Assembly: GCA_002811645.1 (NCBI GenBank)
Contig: PDIP01000024.1
Location: forward strand, 32,733 to 96,732
Length of the DNA stretch: 64,000 bases
From: Corallochytrium limacisporum Hawaii
Lineage: Eukaryota > Protista > Pluriformea
Direction: 5' to 3'
In this document: positions 34,203-47,009 of the stretch, piece after piece
Layout of the letters: each line of letters begins with the position of its first letter
Numbering within the stretch: position 1 is the stretch's first letter
The notes under the pieces: model-generated
Databases searched by the model: none
Told to the model about the DNA's origin: nothing
Seen by the model: the letters and a program-made list of their open reading frames with translations, nothing else
Program-made: the position numbers and the translations under genes

Positions 34203-35306
34203 TCAGGTCGACTTCCTTCCATCTTTGACTCGGTACGGGAGGTGGTTCTGGTAGTCAGTGATCTCCTTCTGCAGCAGGTACCACGCAAACGCAGACGCCG
34301 GACTGAAAAGTGTCGCCATGGCAGCAAACACTAGCGGCTGCCCATTCTTGTCATGCAGAATCAGCAGCATGCTCGCAAACGTTGTCAGGCAGATATCTGA
34401 TGAAATACTGGTCTGCAGTGGAGTGCTAAATCCCTCGGTGATTGCATCCTGGACGTTAAATTCCCGGAGCAGCACGGTTATGCAATTTGACCACCAGCTC
34501 AGCGTCGATGCTCCCGCAATGGCTGCGTAAGTGATGGTCAAGCGGAAAACGTGCTGCGCATCTTCACGTTGCATGTCCTTCAGCAGGGGCGGAGGCCAAA
34601 TAACAGGCACGACGAGGATGACGTGTAGACCAAATAGGGCCAGAGAAAAGAACCGCGGGTACTCGGGGTACCTTAGCAATTCAATGCAAAGTATGCCAAT
34701 CATCGGGCACGCCATGGCGGGCCATGACATCTGTGGGGCACGGTAGCGGTAAACCCCTCGGGCGGCCTGTACGACACTAAAAAACAGACTGAAAGCCACA
34801 CTGATCGCTCCCAGAAACCCACCGAGACAAAATGCTGTCGCCTGGACAGTGGAGACGTTATACCTACTCGATTCAACCCGTAGGAACACAACTCCGACGC
34901 AGACCCAATGCAGCAAACTACTACTCCACCAATACCGAGCACTGTTAGCCATGACATCCATGTACGCAGAGTCGAAGAGATCACTATATTGCACCCACTG
35001 GGTGGCATCCTCATAGTTGGCAGCATCTGCAAACACCCATGAGAGGATCTGGTACCATGTGATCAATAGCGATATCCCTGCCAGGGACAGATAGGTAGCC
35101 GGTCGCAACCCGGTGACTTTAGAGTCCCAAATGGGCTGTGCAAGGATCACTAGGAAGAAAGCCCAGAATAAGGCCGCAAAGTACAGACCAACCTTGGTCC
35201 AACCCCACCAGGCCGAGTCGAGTGGATCCCCCAGGATGTTAATGTCCTCTGCCATCTTTTCTGTTTTCTGACGAACAATTTCTTCAGCAACAGCTTCAGG
35301 ATCCAT
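34203..35306 (-). CDS. Uncharacterised multi-pass membrane protein
   Basis: ORF from ATG 35306 (MDPEAV) with ~9-10 hydrophobic segments and an LFDSAY..V......WWSS motif. Family not recognised. Confidence 0.8.
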   Translation of the reverse strand: MDPEAVAEEIVRQKTEKMAEDINILGDPLDSAWWGWTKVGLYFAALFWAFFLVILAQPIWDSKVTGLRPATYLSLAGISLLITWYQILSWVFADAANYEDATQWVQYSDLFDSAYMDVMANSARYWWSSSLLHWVCVGVVFLRVESSRYNVSTVQATAFCLGGFLGAISVAFSLFFSVVQAARGVYRYRAPQMSWPAMACPMIGILCIELLRYPEYPRFFSLALFGLHVILVVPVIWPPPLLKDMQREDAQHVFRLTITYAAIAGASTLSWWSNCITVLLREFNVQDAITEGFSTPLQTSISSDICLTTFASMLLILHDKNGQPLVFAAMATLFSPASAFAWYLLQKEITDYQNHLPYRVKDGRKST

Positions 35307-36940
35307 GTTGGCTACTACTATGACGGCTACACAAAGACTAAAACGTTTCACCTATATGCAAACTACATGGATGACGACTGGAAACTACCCACTATACCCG
35401 AACAACAACACTATTCTATCGTCTCGCAGGTCCATAGAACACGTAAGCTTCACAGTAATGTCCTGAATACAGTCCGTACCCATTTCTCTCATAGCAGTCC
35501 GATTTGTTCCGCGCACCTACAAGGACGTGCATCCACAGAGCTGGATCCCGTTACCGGACTATGACAGTCTTACTGTTGCTACTGGTTCGGCTAAACGTGG
35601 ACGCCCCTGCCGGTTGTCACACTACACGTCGAGGCCTTCCCGGGCTTGCACTCCCGCCAATTTTCCTTCCTCAAGCTCCCGAAATCTCTCCCTATCGCCC
35701 CCCTTTTCAGGGGGACTTTGTTGAACCCTGAGCTGGCTTTTTCCCCATCGGCTCCCCATTTCTCCTTACCCGTCCATGCTCCTGGGTCAAAACAAATAGT
35801 CAATGTATGCTGGTCAGCCTGCTTCAATCCTACATTCCATACCCACACTGCAGTCTGGTCACAACCTACGGAAACCGGGCGACTAGTGCGAGCCAGGAGA
35901 AGGGACAGAGAGACACGGCGGGTCTTGGGTGAGCCGGAGGGTATATGTTCACTATGGAGCACACCTGATTGTTGTGGCTTTTGCTCCAAATCTACCGGCT
36001 TCTACTTCGCTTGCTACTTTGGGAGCGGAGGAGAAACAAACACTGCCGCACGGTGGTCCATATATAATGAATCAGCCGGGGTTCTCCGTCGCTGCCGTGA
36101 ACGCCGCACTAAGCTGAGTTCAGGTCGATTTGCTGTGGTTTTCCATAGTGAATAACCCACTACCACCGCCAAGAAACGGGCCGTTAGGTCGCGATGTGCT
36201 GTGTTGACTGTGTTTTCCATTCTCGCCCACCAGTCCAGTATTACATAGGTCAACCTCACTGGTCCTTCATACGTTCAGGAGGAGGGACAATTTTTTTTTT
36301 CGTAGGTATCGAATTTCTTAGAAAACTTGCGGGCAATTGAGATAGGGGAAGGAGGGGCTTTTCGTCTTCAGGCCTGACAATAGGTTCATCGAGTGTGTGC
36401 ACCTGCTCTCATGTCCCTGTACTCTAGTAGTTCAGTTTCGCGGTTTGCTGCTGCTTGTGATTGGGTGGCAAACTTCACCCAGCTCTGAGACGGCACCCCT
36501 TCCGTGCCCAAAGGGTGTCTGTTCACACACCGTGCTGGGCTTTGACGTAAATTTGCGTCTTTGTTGCTTTGTTGACCATTGTATGGTGTGGGTTTAGGGC
36601 CATCGGTGATGCCCCAGAGACGCCCCCCACTGTTGTTGTTTCCTTTGTTTGGCAAGTGTCACCCATGGGGTATACTCAATAAGGAAAAAACAGAGACCTA
36701 ATCATCTATTTAATGGTTTTCAAAACAGTCTAAGGTCCACTCTTTGAGAAACAACCTGTATATGTAATAGTACGTCAGGGGGTGTTTGGACCCTTCGAGA
36801 CTTTAGCCAACTTAAATCGTTACAAAATAAAATAGCCATCACAATGTGAATAGCTTCTGTGATGGATTTGGAGGAGACACATTTTGTGGAAATGTAGCAG
36901 ATTGCCTTCTATATTGTGACATCGTTTAAAGAGGAAAAAG

Positions 36941-39712
36941 ATGGCAGCAAATTGGGAGCCTGAACCTCAGGGATTACAGGAGGTATTAGGCCTCTTGGAA
37001 CAGAGTCAAACTCCTAATAGCGAGGTGCAACGGCAAGTTCATCGGCGCATAGAAGAATTGTGTCAGCATGCAGAGTTCAATAGCTATCTGATCTATGTGC
37101 TCACGAAACTAAACAACCAAAGTGAAACGACTCGGGGGTTTGCGGGAATCCTTTTAAAGAACAACGTCAAGGCGTCTTACAATACCATGAGCAGTGACGT
37201 GCAGGAATACATTAAGGCAGAGTGCATACGTTGCGTGGGTGACTCCAGTCCTCTGGTCAGGGCAACCATTGGGTTGCTGATCACAACAATTGCTAGCTGG
37301 GACCACGGCCAGGAGCTGATGAAATGGCCACAGCTGCTGCCATTTTTGATGGAAAATTTGAATAACCCAGATATGCACGTCTCTTTGGGATGCTTTAGTG
37401 CTCTACACAAATTGTGTGAAGACTGTCCAGCGGTTTTGGACAGTGAGCCGTTGGGTCGTCCATTGACCATCATCATCCCTGTGGTTATTGACTATTTCCT
37501 GCATTCAGAACCGAAGATCCGCAAGTCCGCACTGGAAATTGTGAACCTTTTCATCGCGAATGAAGCGGAGGTTTTACGGGACAATTTTGACAAGTTCCTG
37601 ACGAACCTTTTCCAACTCGCAAATGATCGAGACACAGAGGTACAGAAGAGTGTGTGTCGTGCCATTGTCGGATTGATTGAGACAAGCATACAGGATTTGT
37701 TGCCCCACCTGCCGCAGATTATTGAGTACATGTTGCACACTACTGTGGATCCGGATGAGGAATTAGCTCTGGAGGGTTGTGAATTCTGGTTGGCCATTAC
37801 AGAGAATCGCGCGTTTGGTGCGGAGGAGCAAGTGCAAAAGTTGCTGCAAGGATACCTACCTAAGTTGATCCCCGTGTTGATGCACCGAATGCGATACTCT
37901 GAGGCGGACATTATTTTGCTCAAGAGCACCGGTGGAGACGATGCCCATGTTCCAGATAAGGACGAAGACATCAAGCCCAGGCACGCGAAATCGAAACAAA
38001 AAATGGACAGCCGAGCTGATCAGCACGGGGCCAACAAGGATCAATCAGAGAACGGCGATGCGTCGCATTTGCAGGCCAGCCCTGCACCCCAGAATGGCGA
38101 CGAAACTGATTCAGAATTCGACGACGATGATGACGATGATGACGATGCTCTGATGAATTGGAATTTGAGGAAGTGCTCCGCTGCCGCATTGGACACCCTG
38201 TCAACCATCTACCGCAATGACTGTCTCCCTATCCTCGTGCCTTCGTTGCAAGAGAAACTGCAGAGTTCGACCTGGGAGGACCGTGAGTGCGGCATACTGG
38301 CACTGGGTGCCATTGCGGAAGGCTGTATGTCCGGACTTGTGCCCCACTTCCCACAACTGCTGCCGTTTCTGATTGACTCTCTGAATGATAAGGAAGCGCT
38401 GGTACGCTCCATTACCTGCTGGACAATCAGCCGGTATGCACGCTTCATCGTAAGCGAGGGTCCTACTAAGTACTTGGAACCTTGCATGCATCAACTGCTG
38501 TTGAGAATTAAGGACAACAACAAGCGGGTCCAGGAGGCCGCATGCAGTGCATTTGCAACCATCGAGGAGCAGGCCGGTCTTGACTTGGTGCCGTATCTGC
38601 AGCCCATTCTCGAGAACCTCATCGGTGCATTCAGACAGTACCAGCGAAAGAATCTGCTCATTCTATATGATGCCATTGGCACGCTAGCGGATGCGGTCGG
38701 TGAGCACTTGAATGTGCCACAGTATGTGGACATTCTTATGCCTCCACTAATAGAGAAATGGAACGCCCTTGATGACCAGGACCAGGATTTGTTCCCGCTT
38801 CTGGAATGCCTGAGCAGTGTGGTGCTCGCGTTGAGGAAGGGATTCTTGCCCTACGTGGTCACAGTATACCAGCGGTGTCTGCGCCTGCTGCAGGTCACTA
38901 TCCAACAGCAGGTAGCTGCTCAACATGATCCTGAGATCGAGGAACCGGACCGGGAGTTTGTAGTGGTCAGCTTGGATCTTCTGTCTGGCTTGCTTGAAGG
39001 TTTGGGCGATGAGATCAGCGAGCTCGTGGTGAAATCCAACTTAGTCGACCTGCTGCAGATCAGCATGACTGATCCCCTGCCGGAGGTCAGGCAATCATCC
39101 TTTGCTCTACTGGGTGACTTGGCCAAGGCCTGCTTTGCTCATCTGGAACCGTTCGTCCCGCACTTCCTTGCTATTCTCATGGAAAGCTTGCAGCCCATGT
39201 ACGTGTCAGTGTGTAACAACGCTACCTGGGCAGTCGGTGAGATTGCCATTAGGGCGGGTGAGCAGACAATGGAACCATTCGTGGAGCAATTGACTGAACG
39301 ATTGATTCATATCTTGCATGAGAAACTTCCACGGACGTTGCTTGAGAACTCTGCCATTACTCTCGGTCGCTTGGGCTACGTCTGTCCCCAGCAAGTGGCC
39401 AGGCACTTGGATAGATTCATCAAGCCCTGGTGCATATCTTTACGGCACATCCGGGATACCAAAGAGAAGGACTCTGCCTTCCGGGGCATCTGTCGTCTTA
39501 TCTATGTTAATCCGACGGGTATTGGTAGACACTTTGCATGGTTCTGTGATGCCATTGCCAGCTGGGACAACCCGGATCCAGAACTCAAAGAGCAGTTCCG
39601 TAGCATCTTGATCATGTGCAAGAGTGAACTCACGGAAGAGAAGTGGAACCAGCTTCTGGCCCGCTTCCCGCCTGCCCTCAGCAATCGCCTGAAGCAGCAG
39701 TATGACATCTAG
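36941..39712 (+). CDS. TNPO1: Transportin-1 / importin beta-2 (Kap104)
   Basis: IBN_N (GILLKNNVK), acidic H8 loop (DIKPRH...DDDDD), WNLRKCSAAALD, NKRVQEAACSAFA, LLENSAITLGRL. Confidence 0.97.
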   Translation: MAANWEPEPQGLQEVLGLLEQSQTPNSEVQRQVHRRIEELCQHAEFNSYLIYVLTKLNNQSETTRGFAGILLKNNVKASYNTMSSDVQEYIKAECIRCVGDSSPLVRATIGLLITTIASWDHGQELMKWPQLLPFLMENLNNPDMHVSLGCFSALHKLCEDCPAVLDSEPLGRPLTIIIPVVIDYFLHSEPKIRKSALEIVNLFIANEAEVLRDNFDKFLTNLFQLANDRDTEVQKSVCRAIVGLIETSIQDLLPHLPQIIEYMLHTTVDPDEELALEGCEFWLAITENRAFGAEEQVQKLLQGYLPKLIPVLMHRMRYSEADIILLKSTGGDDAHVPDKDEDIKPRHAKSKQKMDSRADQHGANKDQSENGDASHLQASPAPQNGDETDSEFDDDDDDDDDALMNWNLRKCSAAALDTLSTIYRNDCLPILVPSLQEKLQSSTWEDRECGILALGAIAEGCMSGLVPHFPQLLPFLIDSLNDKEALVRSITCWTISRYARFIVSEGPTKYLEPCMHQLLLRIKDNNKRVQEAACSAFATIEEQAGLDLVPYLQPILENLIGAFRQYQRKNLLILYDAIGTLADAVGEHLNVPQYVDILMPPLIEKWNALDDQDQDLFPLLECLSSVVLALRKGFLPYVVTVYQRCLRLLQVTIQQQVAAQHDPEIEEPDREFVVVSLDLLSGLLEGLGDEISELVVKSNLVDLLQISMTDPLPEVRQSSFALLGDLAKACFAHLEPFVPHFLAILMESLQPMYVSVCNNATWAVGEIAIRAGEQTMEPFVEQLTERLIHILHEKLPRTLLENSAITLGRLGYVCPQQVARHLDRFIKPWCISLRHIRDTKEKDSAFRGICRLIYVNPTGIGRHFAWFCDAIASWDNPDPELKEQFRSILIMCKSELTEEKWNQLLARFPPALSNRLKQQYDI

Positions 39713-40761
39713 AGCAACCCCACTGTTTCTGAGACTATCTTACAAAGCACAAGAATTCATGTTAAACTGTTTCAATAGATAAAGTATTTCGGCTCGTATT
39801 GTCGAAAGATGTCGTCAAGCCAAGGCCTCTCCATTCTATTCGTACCACAGATCATTCGCTGCGGTCTCTAAAGAATTGAGAGCCAATGACAATCTCCCCT
39901 AACACGCGGTCTGACAGCACGAGTTTTCTCTTCCATCAATGTTCTGACAAACAAAAACAGTGGAGACATTCTAATTCACCCATTATGTACCACCGCTCAC
40001 AATGCCACTTTCTTGTACCCCTCGCGAGCCCAGGTAAAAAAAAGGGGGATGGGGGGGGGTGCCGGCGCTGGTAGAATTGTGGCAGTTCAGAATGTATGGG
40101 ATAACACTGTGAGAGCGATAATTTCGTCCCTGTCAACTGCGCTTGCCCAATGCTGACAACAAGCAAATCGTCGACAAACTCATGGTCAGCACGAAATGTC
40201 TCCCAACACTGCGGGGCAATTCGCCACTGTCAAACTTTGACAGCAAAACATTAGGAAATCAAACGCAACATTAAATGGCTTTCAGTCGTCAACAATTTAC
40301 CGACCAGGGCCGAGGCCTGTACGAAGCACAAGGCTCACTGTGGCCGCAGCACTTTAGTACCAGGCCCCCACGCACGGTCCCTCGTTTCCTACCTCAGTCC
40401 TGTGCCGTCATTTTGAGACCCCTTGACTCTCTCTGGCACAGGAACCACTTTGCCTCACTCATGGTTCGTTGTAGGAAGTAACCCATCCGTCTTTCAATAC
40501 CCAAGATTGCGCAGTCGCAGTATGGCACGGTGTAGACGGCTCGAGTTGGTTCATCCAGGTGGCAGGGTTTGGGCGTAGGTGTCGGTCAATTTCCGCGTTG
40601 GACTTGCTTGTGGCTCTTGGAGGAGACTCAAACAGAGGGTTCTAATGGAGTAGCAGTGCCTATTTCACATACAATAGCATTGAATAAGAGTAAAACTACA
40701 CAGATGTCATCCATGTGCACGGAAAACACAAACGGTCTAGTGTATATTGACAACAGAAGCA

Positions 40762-42888
40762 ATGTCAAACAAAATTCGTGCCGCTTTTAAGCTGGCCAAG
40801 GAACAGGGCCGTCCAGCGTTTGTAGCCTACGGTACCGCTGGCATGCCAAATCCAGTCGTAAGCCCTGCTGTTTTCAAGGCTATGCAGGACGGTGGCGCTG
40901 ATCTCATTGAAGTGGGCGTACCTTTCACAGATCCTCTGGCTGAAGGAGGCACGATCCAGGGCACGAACCAGAGAGCCCTCGACGCTGGTACCGTCACCAT
41001 GGACGACGTCTTGGAGCTGGTGAAGCAGACCCGCAAGCTCGGTGTCACAGTGCCGATGGTTATGATGGGTTACTACAACCCTTTTCTGCAGTATGGGGAC
41101 GATAAACTCATTGCACGCTGCCAAGAAGTCGGCATCTCTGGCTTCATTATCGTTGATCTGCCCCCGGAAGAGAGCCTTACCTTCCGTCAGAAGTGCCGGG
41201 CTGGCAATCTGAGTTGTATTCCCCTTGTGGCTCCCACCACTACAGAGAAGCGTTTGGAGAGCCTTTGCAAATGTGCGGACAGTTTCGTCTACGCCGTCAG
41301 CCTGACAGGAGTCACTGGGGAGCGTGCGGAGGTCAACACTGAGCTGCCCGACTTCATCAATCGTGTCAAGGGCCATTTACCCAGCCAGGACATTAGTGTT
41401 GCTGTTGGTTTCGGTATTTCCACACGGGAGCACTTTGAGAAGATTGGGAAGCTTGCAGATGGCTGTATCATTGGCTCTGCTCTTATGCGGACTGTCGATG
41501 CTGCAGGTGACGATGCTGCTCAAATCGCGGAGGCGGTGGTCAAGTACTCCCAGGGGGTTTGTAACCGCAAGGAAGCGGACATTCAGGCTGGGTTGAAGGC
41601 CTACGCGGAACTCGGGCTGGACGCCAACGGTGCCGCTGCTAGTGGTGCCGCTGCTAACGGAGTCCCCGAGATGGTCAGCAGTACTGACTTCCGTTTCGGA
41701 GAGTGGGGTGGACGGTATGTCCCCGAAGTGCTGGTTCAGGCTCTGGAAGAATTGGAAAGCACTTACAGCGCCTTAAAGCAGGACCCTTCCTTCTGGGAGG
41801 AGTTTGAATCGTACTATGACTATATCGGGCGGCCTTCCAGTCTGCATATTGCCGATCGCTTGACCGAAGAGTGCGGAGGTGCTGAGATCTGGCTCAAGCG
41901 TGAGGATCTCAACCACACGGGCTCCCATAAGATCAACAATGCGGTCGGACAGGCTCTGGTGGCTAAACGTCTGGGCAAAAAGCGCATCATTGCCGAGACT
42001 GGTGCAGGACAGCATGGTGTCGCCACGGCAACCGTTTGCGCCAAAATGGGTATGGAGCTGGTTGTATACATGGGAGCTGAGGATGTACGACGTCAAGGGT
42101 TGAACGTGTTCCGAATGGAGATGCTTGGTGCCAAAGTTGTCGCGGTAGAGAGTGGTAGCCGCACCTTGAAGGATGCCATCAATGAGGCCATGCGCGATTG
42201 GGTCACCAATATTCGCACAACCCATTACTTAGTTGGTTCTGTCATCGGTCCACATCCATTCCCGACCATCGTGCGTGACTTCCAGAGTGTGATTGGAAAG
42301 GAAGCCCGTCAGCAGATGCTCGAAAAGGCCGGTGCTCTCCCTGACTACGTTGTGGCCTGTGTCGGTGGTGGCAGCAATGCCATGGGTATCTTCCATCCCT
42401 TCTACAAAGAGGAGAGCGTGAAACTGGTGGGTGTGGAAGCAGGCGGTGATGGCCCGCAGCACCACAGCGCCACTCTGACCTACGGTACTCCTGGTGTATT
42501 GCACGGAACCCGCACCTACCTGCTGCAGGAACATGGGCAAATTACTGGCACCCACAGTATCTCAGCTGGATTGGACTACCCTGGTGTGGGACCCGAGCAT
42601 GCTTTCTACAAGGATAGCCACCGTGCCGAGTACGTGAGTGTGACCGATCATGAAGCCCTCCTAGGCTTCAAGGCTGTCACCATGAAGGAAGGCATCATTC
42701 CCGCCCTTGAGACTGCTCATGCCGTTTACTACGCGATGGAATTGGCCAAGAAGCTCCCAAAGGACAAGAAAGTGCTTATTTGTTTCTCTGGTCGCGGTGA
42801 CAAGGATGTGCACACCATCCGCGAAGAGCTGCCGAAGCACGGTTGCAAACTGCGAATTCGTGAGCAGATTGAGGACCATGAACACTAA
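40762..42888 (+). CDS. TRP5: Bifunctional tryptophan synthase (alpha-beta fusion)
   Basis: TrpA domain ([23 protein letters not shown]) joined by an Ala/Gly linker to TrpB ([17 protein letters not shown] with the PLP lysine, [35 protein letters not shown]). ATG at 40762. Confidence 0.97.
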   Translation: MSNKIRAAFKLAKEQGRPAFVAYGTAGMPNPVVSPAVFKAMQDGGADLIEVGVPFTDPLAEGGTIQGTNQRALDAGTVTMDDVLELVKQTRKLGVTVPMVMMGYYNPFLQYGDDKLIARCQEVGISGFIIVDLPPEESLTFRQKCRAGNLSCIPLVAPTTTEKRLESLCKCADSFVYAVSLTGVTGERAEVNTELPDFINRVKGHLPSQDISVAVGFGISTREHFEKIGKLADGCIIGSALMRTVDAAGDDAAQIAEAVVKYSQGVCNRKEADIQAGLKAYAELGLDANGAAASGAAANGVPEMVSSTDFRFGEWGGRYVPEVLVQALEELESTYSALKQDPSFWEEFESYYDYIGRPSSLHIADRLTEECGGAEIWLKREDLNHTGSHKINNAVGQALVAKRLGKKRIIAETGAGQHGVATATVCAKMGMELVVYMGAEDVRRQGLNVFRMEMLGAKVVAVESGSRTLKDAINEAMRDWVTNIRTTHYLVGSVIGPHPFPTIVRDFQSVIGKEARQQMLEKAGALPDYVVACVGGGSNAMGIFHPFYKEESVKLVGVEAGGDGPQHHSATLTYGTPGVLHGTRTYLLQEHGQITGTHSISAGLDYPGVGPEHAFYKDSHRAEYVSVTDHEALLGFKAVTMKEGIIPALETAHAVYYAMELAKKLPKDKKVLICFSGRGDKDVHTIREELPKHGCKLRIREQIEDHEH

Positions 42889-43157
42889 GTGATGTATCGT
42901 AGTGGTAATAAATACTTAACCCCAAGTATTCTGAAAACCTTTTGCAAAGACCCAGAGCTTAGAGTGCCTTAGTAGAGTTCAGCTGGTGTGCTGATCGAAA
43001 TACCCTACTCACCGCTGCCTTGCGAAGGCCAGCAAACTTACTTCCATCTGAATCCGTTTCGGTATATTTCAAATATATTCCAATCATATATCTATTTTAA
43101 GGACGTAAGTATATTTATTTCAGTATGTCTATAAAGATGAGAACCGCGTTCGGTAAC

Positions 43158-43954
43158 TTACGATAGTACGGGAAGCAGTTCTGCTTGAGACACCGCCTTA
43201 AGGCAAGCATTGATAACATCGGTCATGGTCTTCACAATCCACTGAAGAAGATCTGGAGGAAGTGCTGGCGACGTCGATGAAGAGCAGATTTCCTTGATGT
43301 CCTCAAACTTAAACTCTATGGTCGGGCGGAACGACACAAATGTGGTTCCTGCGTACCCAAGGGATTGCTATGCATCGAAAAGTTAGATGGAAAGGAATGG
43401 TGGTTAGTTTCCGGTACTGACTACATTCTCAAGAAACATGGGACAGGGCAACTTACGTATAAGATAGCAATTTGATGCGCGACATACTTGTGGTTCTGAA
43501 TGTTTTCCACATCATATTTGATCTGTGCTGCAAGCACAAGGACCTGATTTACCCTTGCAAGTTTGGATTGGTATTCCCGTCCTGCGTTGATGTTCTCGTT
43601 TTCTGAAGGAGTACGCCCCTCATAGTAAATCCAAGCTGCAGGCACATGTCGCCCAACATTGATCTCTTGCAAAAATGCGGAGGGCCGCTGCCCCTCATAG
43701 GGTGTTCTCTGGAAGTGTCGCTGAATCTCGGAATCTATTGCTTTTACGTTCGGATCTGTGAACCACATGTGCGCGGGAAGAAGTTGCAAGTACGCATCTA
43801 ATTTCACGAATACAGGCAAAATCTGTCGCTTTAGTGTTTTTGGATCGAATGCCAATTGCCACACTGGTTGATCATGTTGAACTTGGACTTTAGCTAAAAT
43901 AGAAGCGGTGACCGCGTACTTTATCTCGCGTATGGGTTTCGATGCGGCCAGCAT
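43158..43954 (-). CDS. Uncharacterised protein, spliced: exons 43954-43457 and 43367-43158 (235 aa)
   Basis: Phase-0 89-nt intron (GTAAGT...ACTAAC...TAG) joins HKYVAHQIAILY to QSLGYAGTTF... in an open frame. A possible second intron (43161-43092) would extend the CDS to 42959. Confidence 0.75.
43368..43456 (-). other. Spliceosomal intron (89 nt)
   Basis: 5' GTAAGT, branch-like ACTAAC and TCTAAC, pyrimidine-rich stretch, 3' TAG. Removal restores the reading frame. Confidence 0.8.
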
Positions 43955-46900
43955 TACGATCTAGCTCCCTGATTCCGGAACTGTAATTTAGTTTACATAA
44001 CAGATATGGAGAACCCGGTTGACATTACAGTACCAACCTGACCGCACTGCCCGACGCAGTAGCGGGTCTCTAGTAGCGTCGTGTGTATTGTTTGCTGGCC
44101 GAAGGCCCTCCGCAAAGCAAATGAGGGACGGAGAGTTTTACCCAGAAAAATCCGAACCCGACCTCACCAGATCCGAACTTACAAAGGTATATTAAATTAG
44201 CCCAAAAAATCCTCTGATCTGAGGTAGTGGCGGTGATGTCCGTATCCCTTGAATGTCGGAGACAGCGTCGGTGATGCTCGTGACCGTATGAACGCTCTAA
44301 GGTTCGTCACTCGTAAAACACTCCGTAGCCAAGCGAAGTGAACGAGTTGTACACAGTTTTCTGCACACCCTTCACTGCTGAATAGAACGGGTATCATGGC
44401 GAAGTGTATCGACCATCCACACAGATTGCAGAAGTGACGCATGGTTTTCACCAAAGCTAAGTGCCGTCTCCGACCCAGTTGATTGCTGATCGGGATTTGA
44501 CGACGAGGGAGCAGAAGCAAGTCTGTGTTCTATGCTACAGTACGATGACCACCATTTCTCCCTATAGTGGACGTATGACACGTACGGAGCTTCAAAAGCG
44601 GTTGAGGAGAATTTCTCCCACGCGGCGCCCAAAGCTAGCACAGTGGCTTTTTAGTTTCCGGTACTAATGTACCGTGCAGTGTGACCGCAGCGAGGTGAAT
44701 ACTTGAATGCCGCAGTGGGTTTCATGAATAAGTAGCGGAAGGGGACAATCAGTAGCAAAATATCCTGCTTATTCCCAGTGAACATCAGCGACAAGAAGCT
44801 GGGCTGTATTTAGGTGTTGGCATGGCAGGATCTTCTCCGCGTGACAAATCTATCGATGCCATTGATGGTCAAGGAGGCGCATGCACTTACTGGCACAGCT
44901 ACGCAGTGTTTTGAAGATCTATGTACTCCAAGCAGTTGTTCCTAAGGACCCTAAACAGTTCTCGTCCTTGACTTGTATCGCTATCTGGTTCACTGCAAAC
45001 GTTTCTTTCAAATTGAGGGCCACAGTCATCCCGTTGACGACAAATCGGTATAGAGTTGAGCATTGACCACAGCGGAATGTGGATGTCATGGAGCCATTCT
45101 CAAAACTCCATCAGAATCGGTCATCTTCCAGTAACATGTGAATTACACATGCTTCTCAAGTCATGTTCAACTCGAAGACTGTTTCTGCCATTGCCAAACG
45201 ACGCAAGAATTGGGGTCTTGCCAGTGGTCGCGGTTTTACCAATTTCATCGCGCCAATATCTCATCCTCGCCCTCGTGCCCGCGAGTGTAATTGCGCATTG
45301 AGTCCAACAAGGCGTATCTTAATCCTGACATTGGACAGTGATAGGGGTGGTGGGACATTTGTACGAAACGTGCTCTTTGTCAACATATACATGTTTCTGC
45401 ATCTCCGATTTCTGTGTACATGACAGCCCCATACACCACGGAACCGCTTCTGCACCAATGACTTTGTACACAAGAGATGAAGACGCATTCTCTCTGCGTT
45501 GATGCTAGGGGACGAGATATCGATGCATGCCAATACAAACACAAAGATGTCCTTGCCTCTCACGGATCATCATCACCGGTCATGTTCTGGTTTGGCACTC
45601 GATTGGTGACACAGCACAAAAGAACCGTCGAGGACGCAATGAAATTGGGACAGGGAGCGGGGCACAGTGGTGCATCATCTGTGTGCGAAAGAAATGCTTT
45701 GATTGCGCTGATGAAGTGAAGGGAATAGTTCCGTGATTGTCTCTAAGGGGGTATCAGATGAACGGCTAGCAGCACTCAAACTGTGCTTCTCTTCTCTCAG
45801 GAGCGAGTTTTCCCACCACTACCCGCCCCTTACCGCCCCCCCCCCTCCTTTCCTTCGCTCCTTCCGACTTTCCTACTCCGCGCAGTCCCTCCTACGGCTC
45901 AGTAAAATCTACTGCAATGGGGTCGTGTATGCGGTGTGTCCGTTTCGCGCAAAAGGACTGGCGAAATGATGAAGTAATTATGTGAGAATTAGAAGAAGAG
46001 AAATGGAAAAAATTCTCAACACCACACAACGACGGGTGGGAAACTGGGCCTGCGCTTGAAGAACAGCTCTGGTACGCAGGAGAAGGAAAGCAAACAGCAC
46101 CGTGCACAAGATAGGGGTGTTGTATCCGAGATTAGATCCGCAATATCAAGAATATGGGGCGGGTCGGTGGCCCTTGAGTACCCCAAAGAAACGCAGGAGG
46201 AGTCACAAAGACACTGGGGGTGCACAGAGAAACATGAAAGTGGTGCACATCCAACCCATAAATGCTCACAATGGGTACACACGTATACCTCTATGCTTCC
46301 CCGCCACGCCCTAAGTGACGTACTTTGCCTACTGACATCATAGAGTTTACTCTGGCAATGGAGGCGTTAGGTGCGTTGGCACATCGGTTGGGTCAGAGGT
46401 GTCCGTTTGTCTCCGGGATGGCTCTGGCTGTTGACCCTGCTACCTACAGGAAATTGCAGCATTTTACCGACAGCAAAACGAGTTGCCCGTGTCGGAAGTC
46501 CGCACTGCTCGGAAGCTCACCACCTCTCAGTTTCCTGCGGCACTGCTAGAGATCACTCTCCGCTATACCCTGATGATCCTTGTCTGTGCTCCCGTCCAAC
46601 ATGGGCTTTCTTTTTCAAATGCGCGCAAATAGAATGACTGTAAGGATGTATCCACCTCTCCGAATTCTTTCCTACACTGCTCTGAAGAAAGGAAAGCTAC
46701 AGACGAAAACTAGACAAATACCTCTGCTGAAACTCTTTTGAGTATGGGGAGACAGTAGCCGGGATTAGGAGGTGGGTGGGGGGCAATAGTAAGGCTGGCA
46801 AGTTGTGCGCTAGAGATGGATCGCCGAACAGGCACAACAGGGATTCCACGGCTTGAGCTTCGTAGACTTTGTAAACCTACACTCAACTACGCTGTGTAAT

Positions 46901-47009
46901 CTGCCGTCGGCCTGGTATAGGGGTACATGAGAGACACTTGTCGTAGATGAATGAGAAGCTAGTGGGCTCCCCATGTTGACACCCACAAGATCTCTTTCAT
47001 ATTGTAAAC

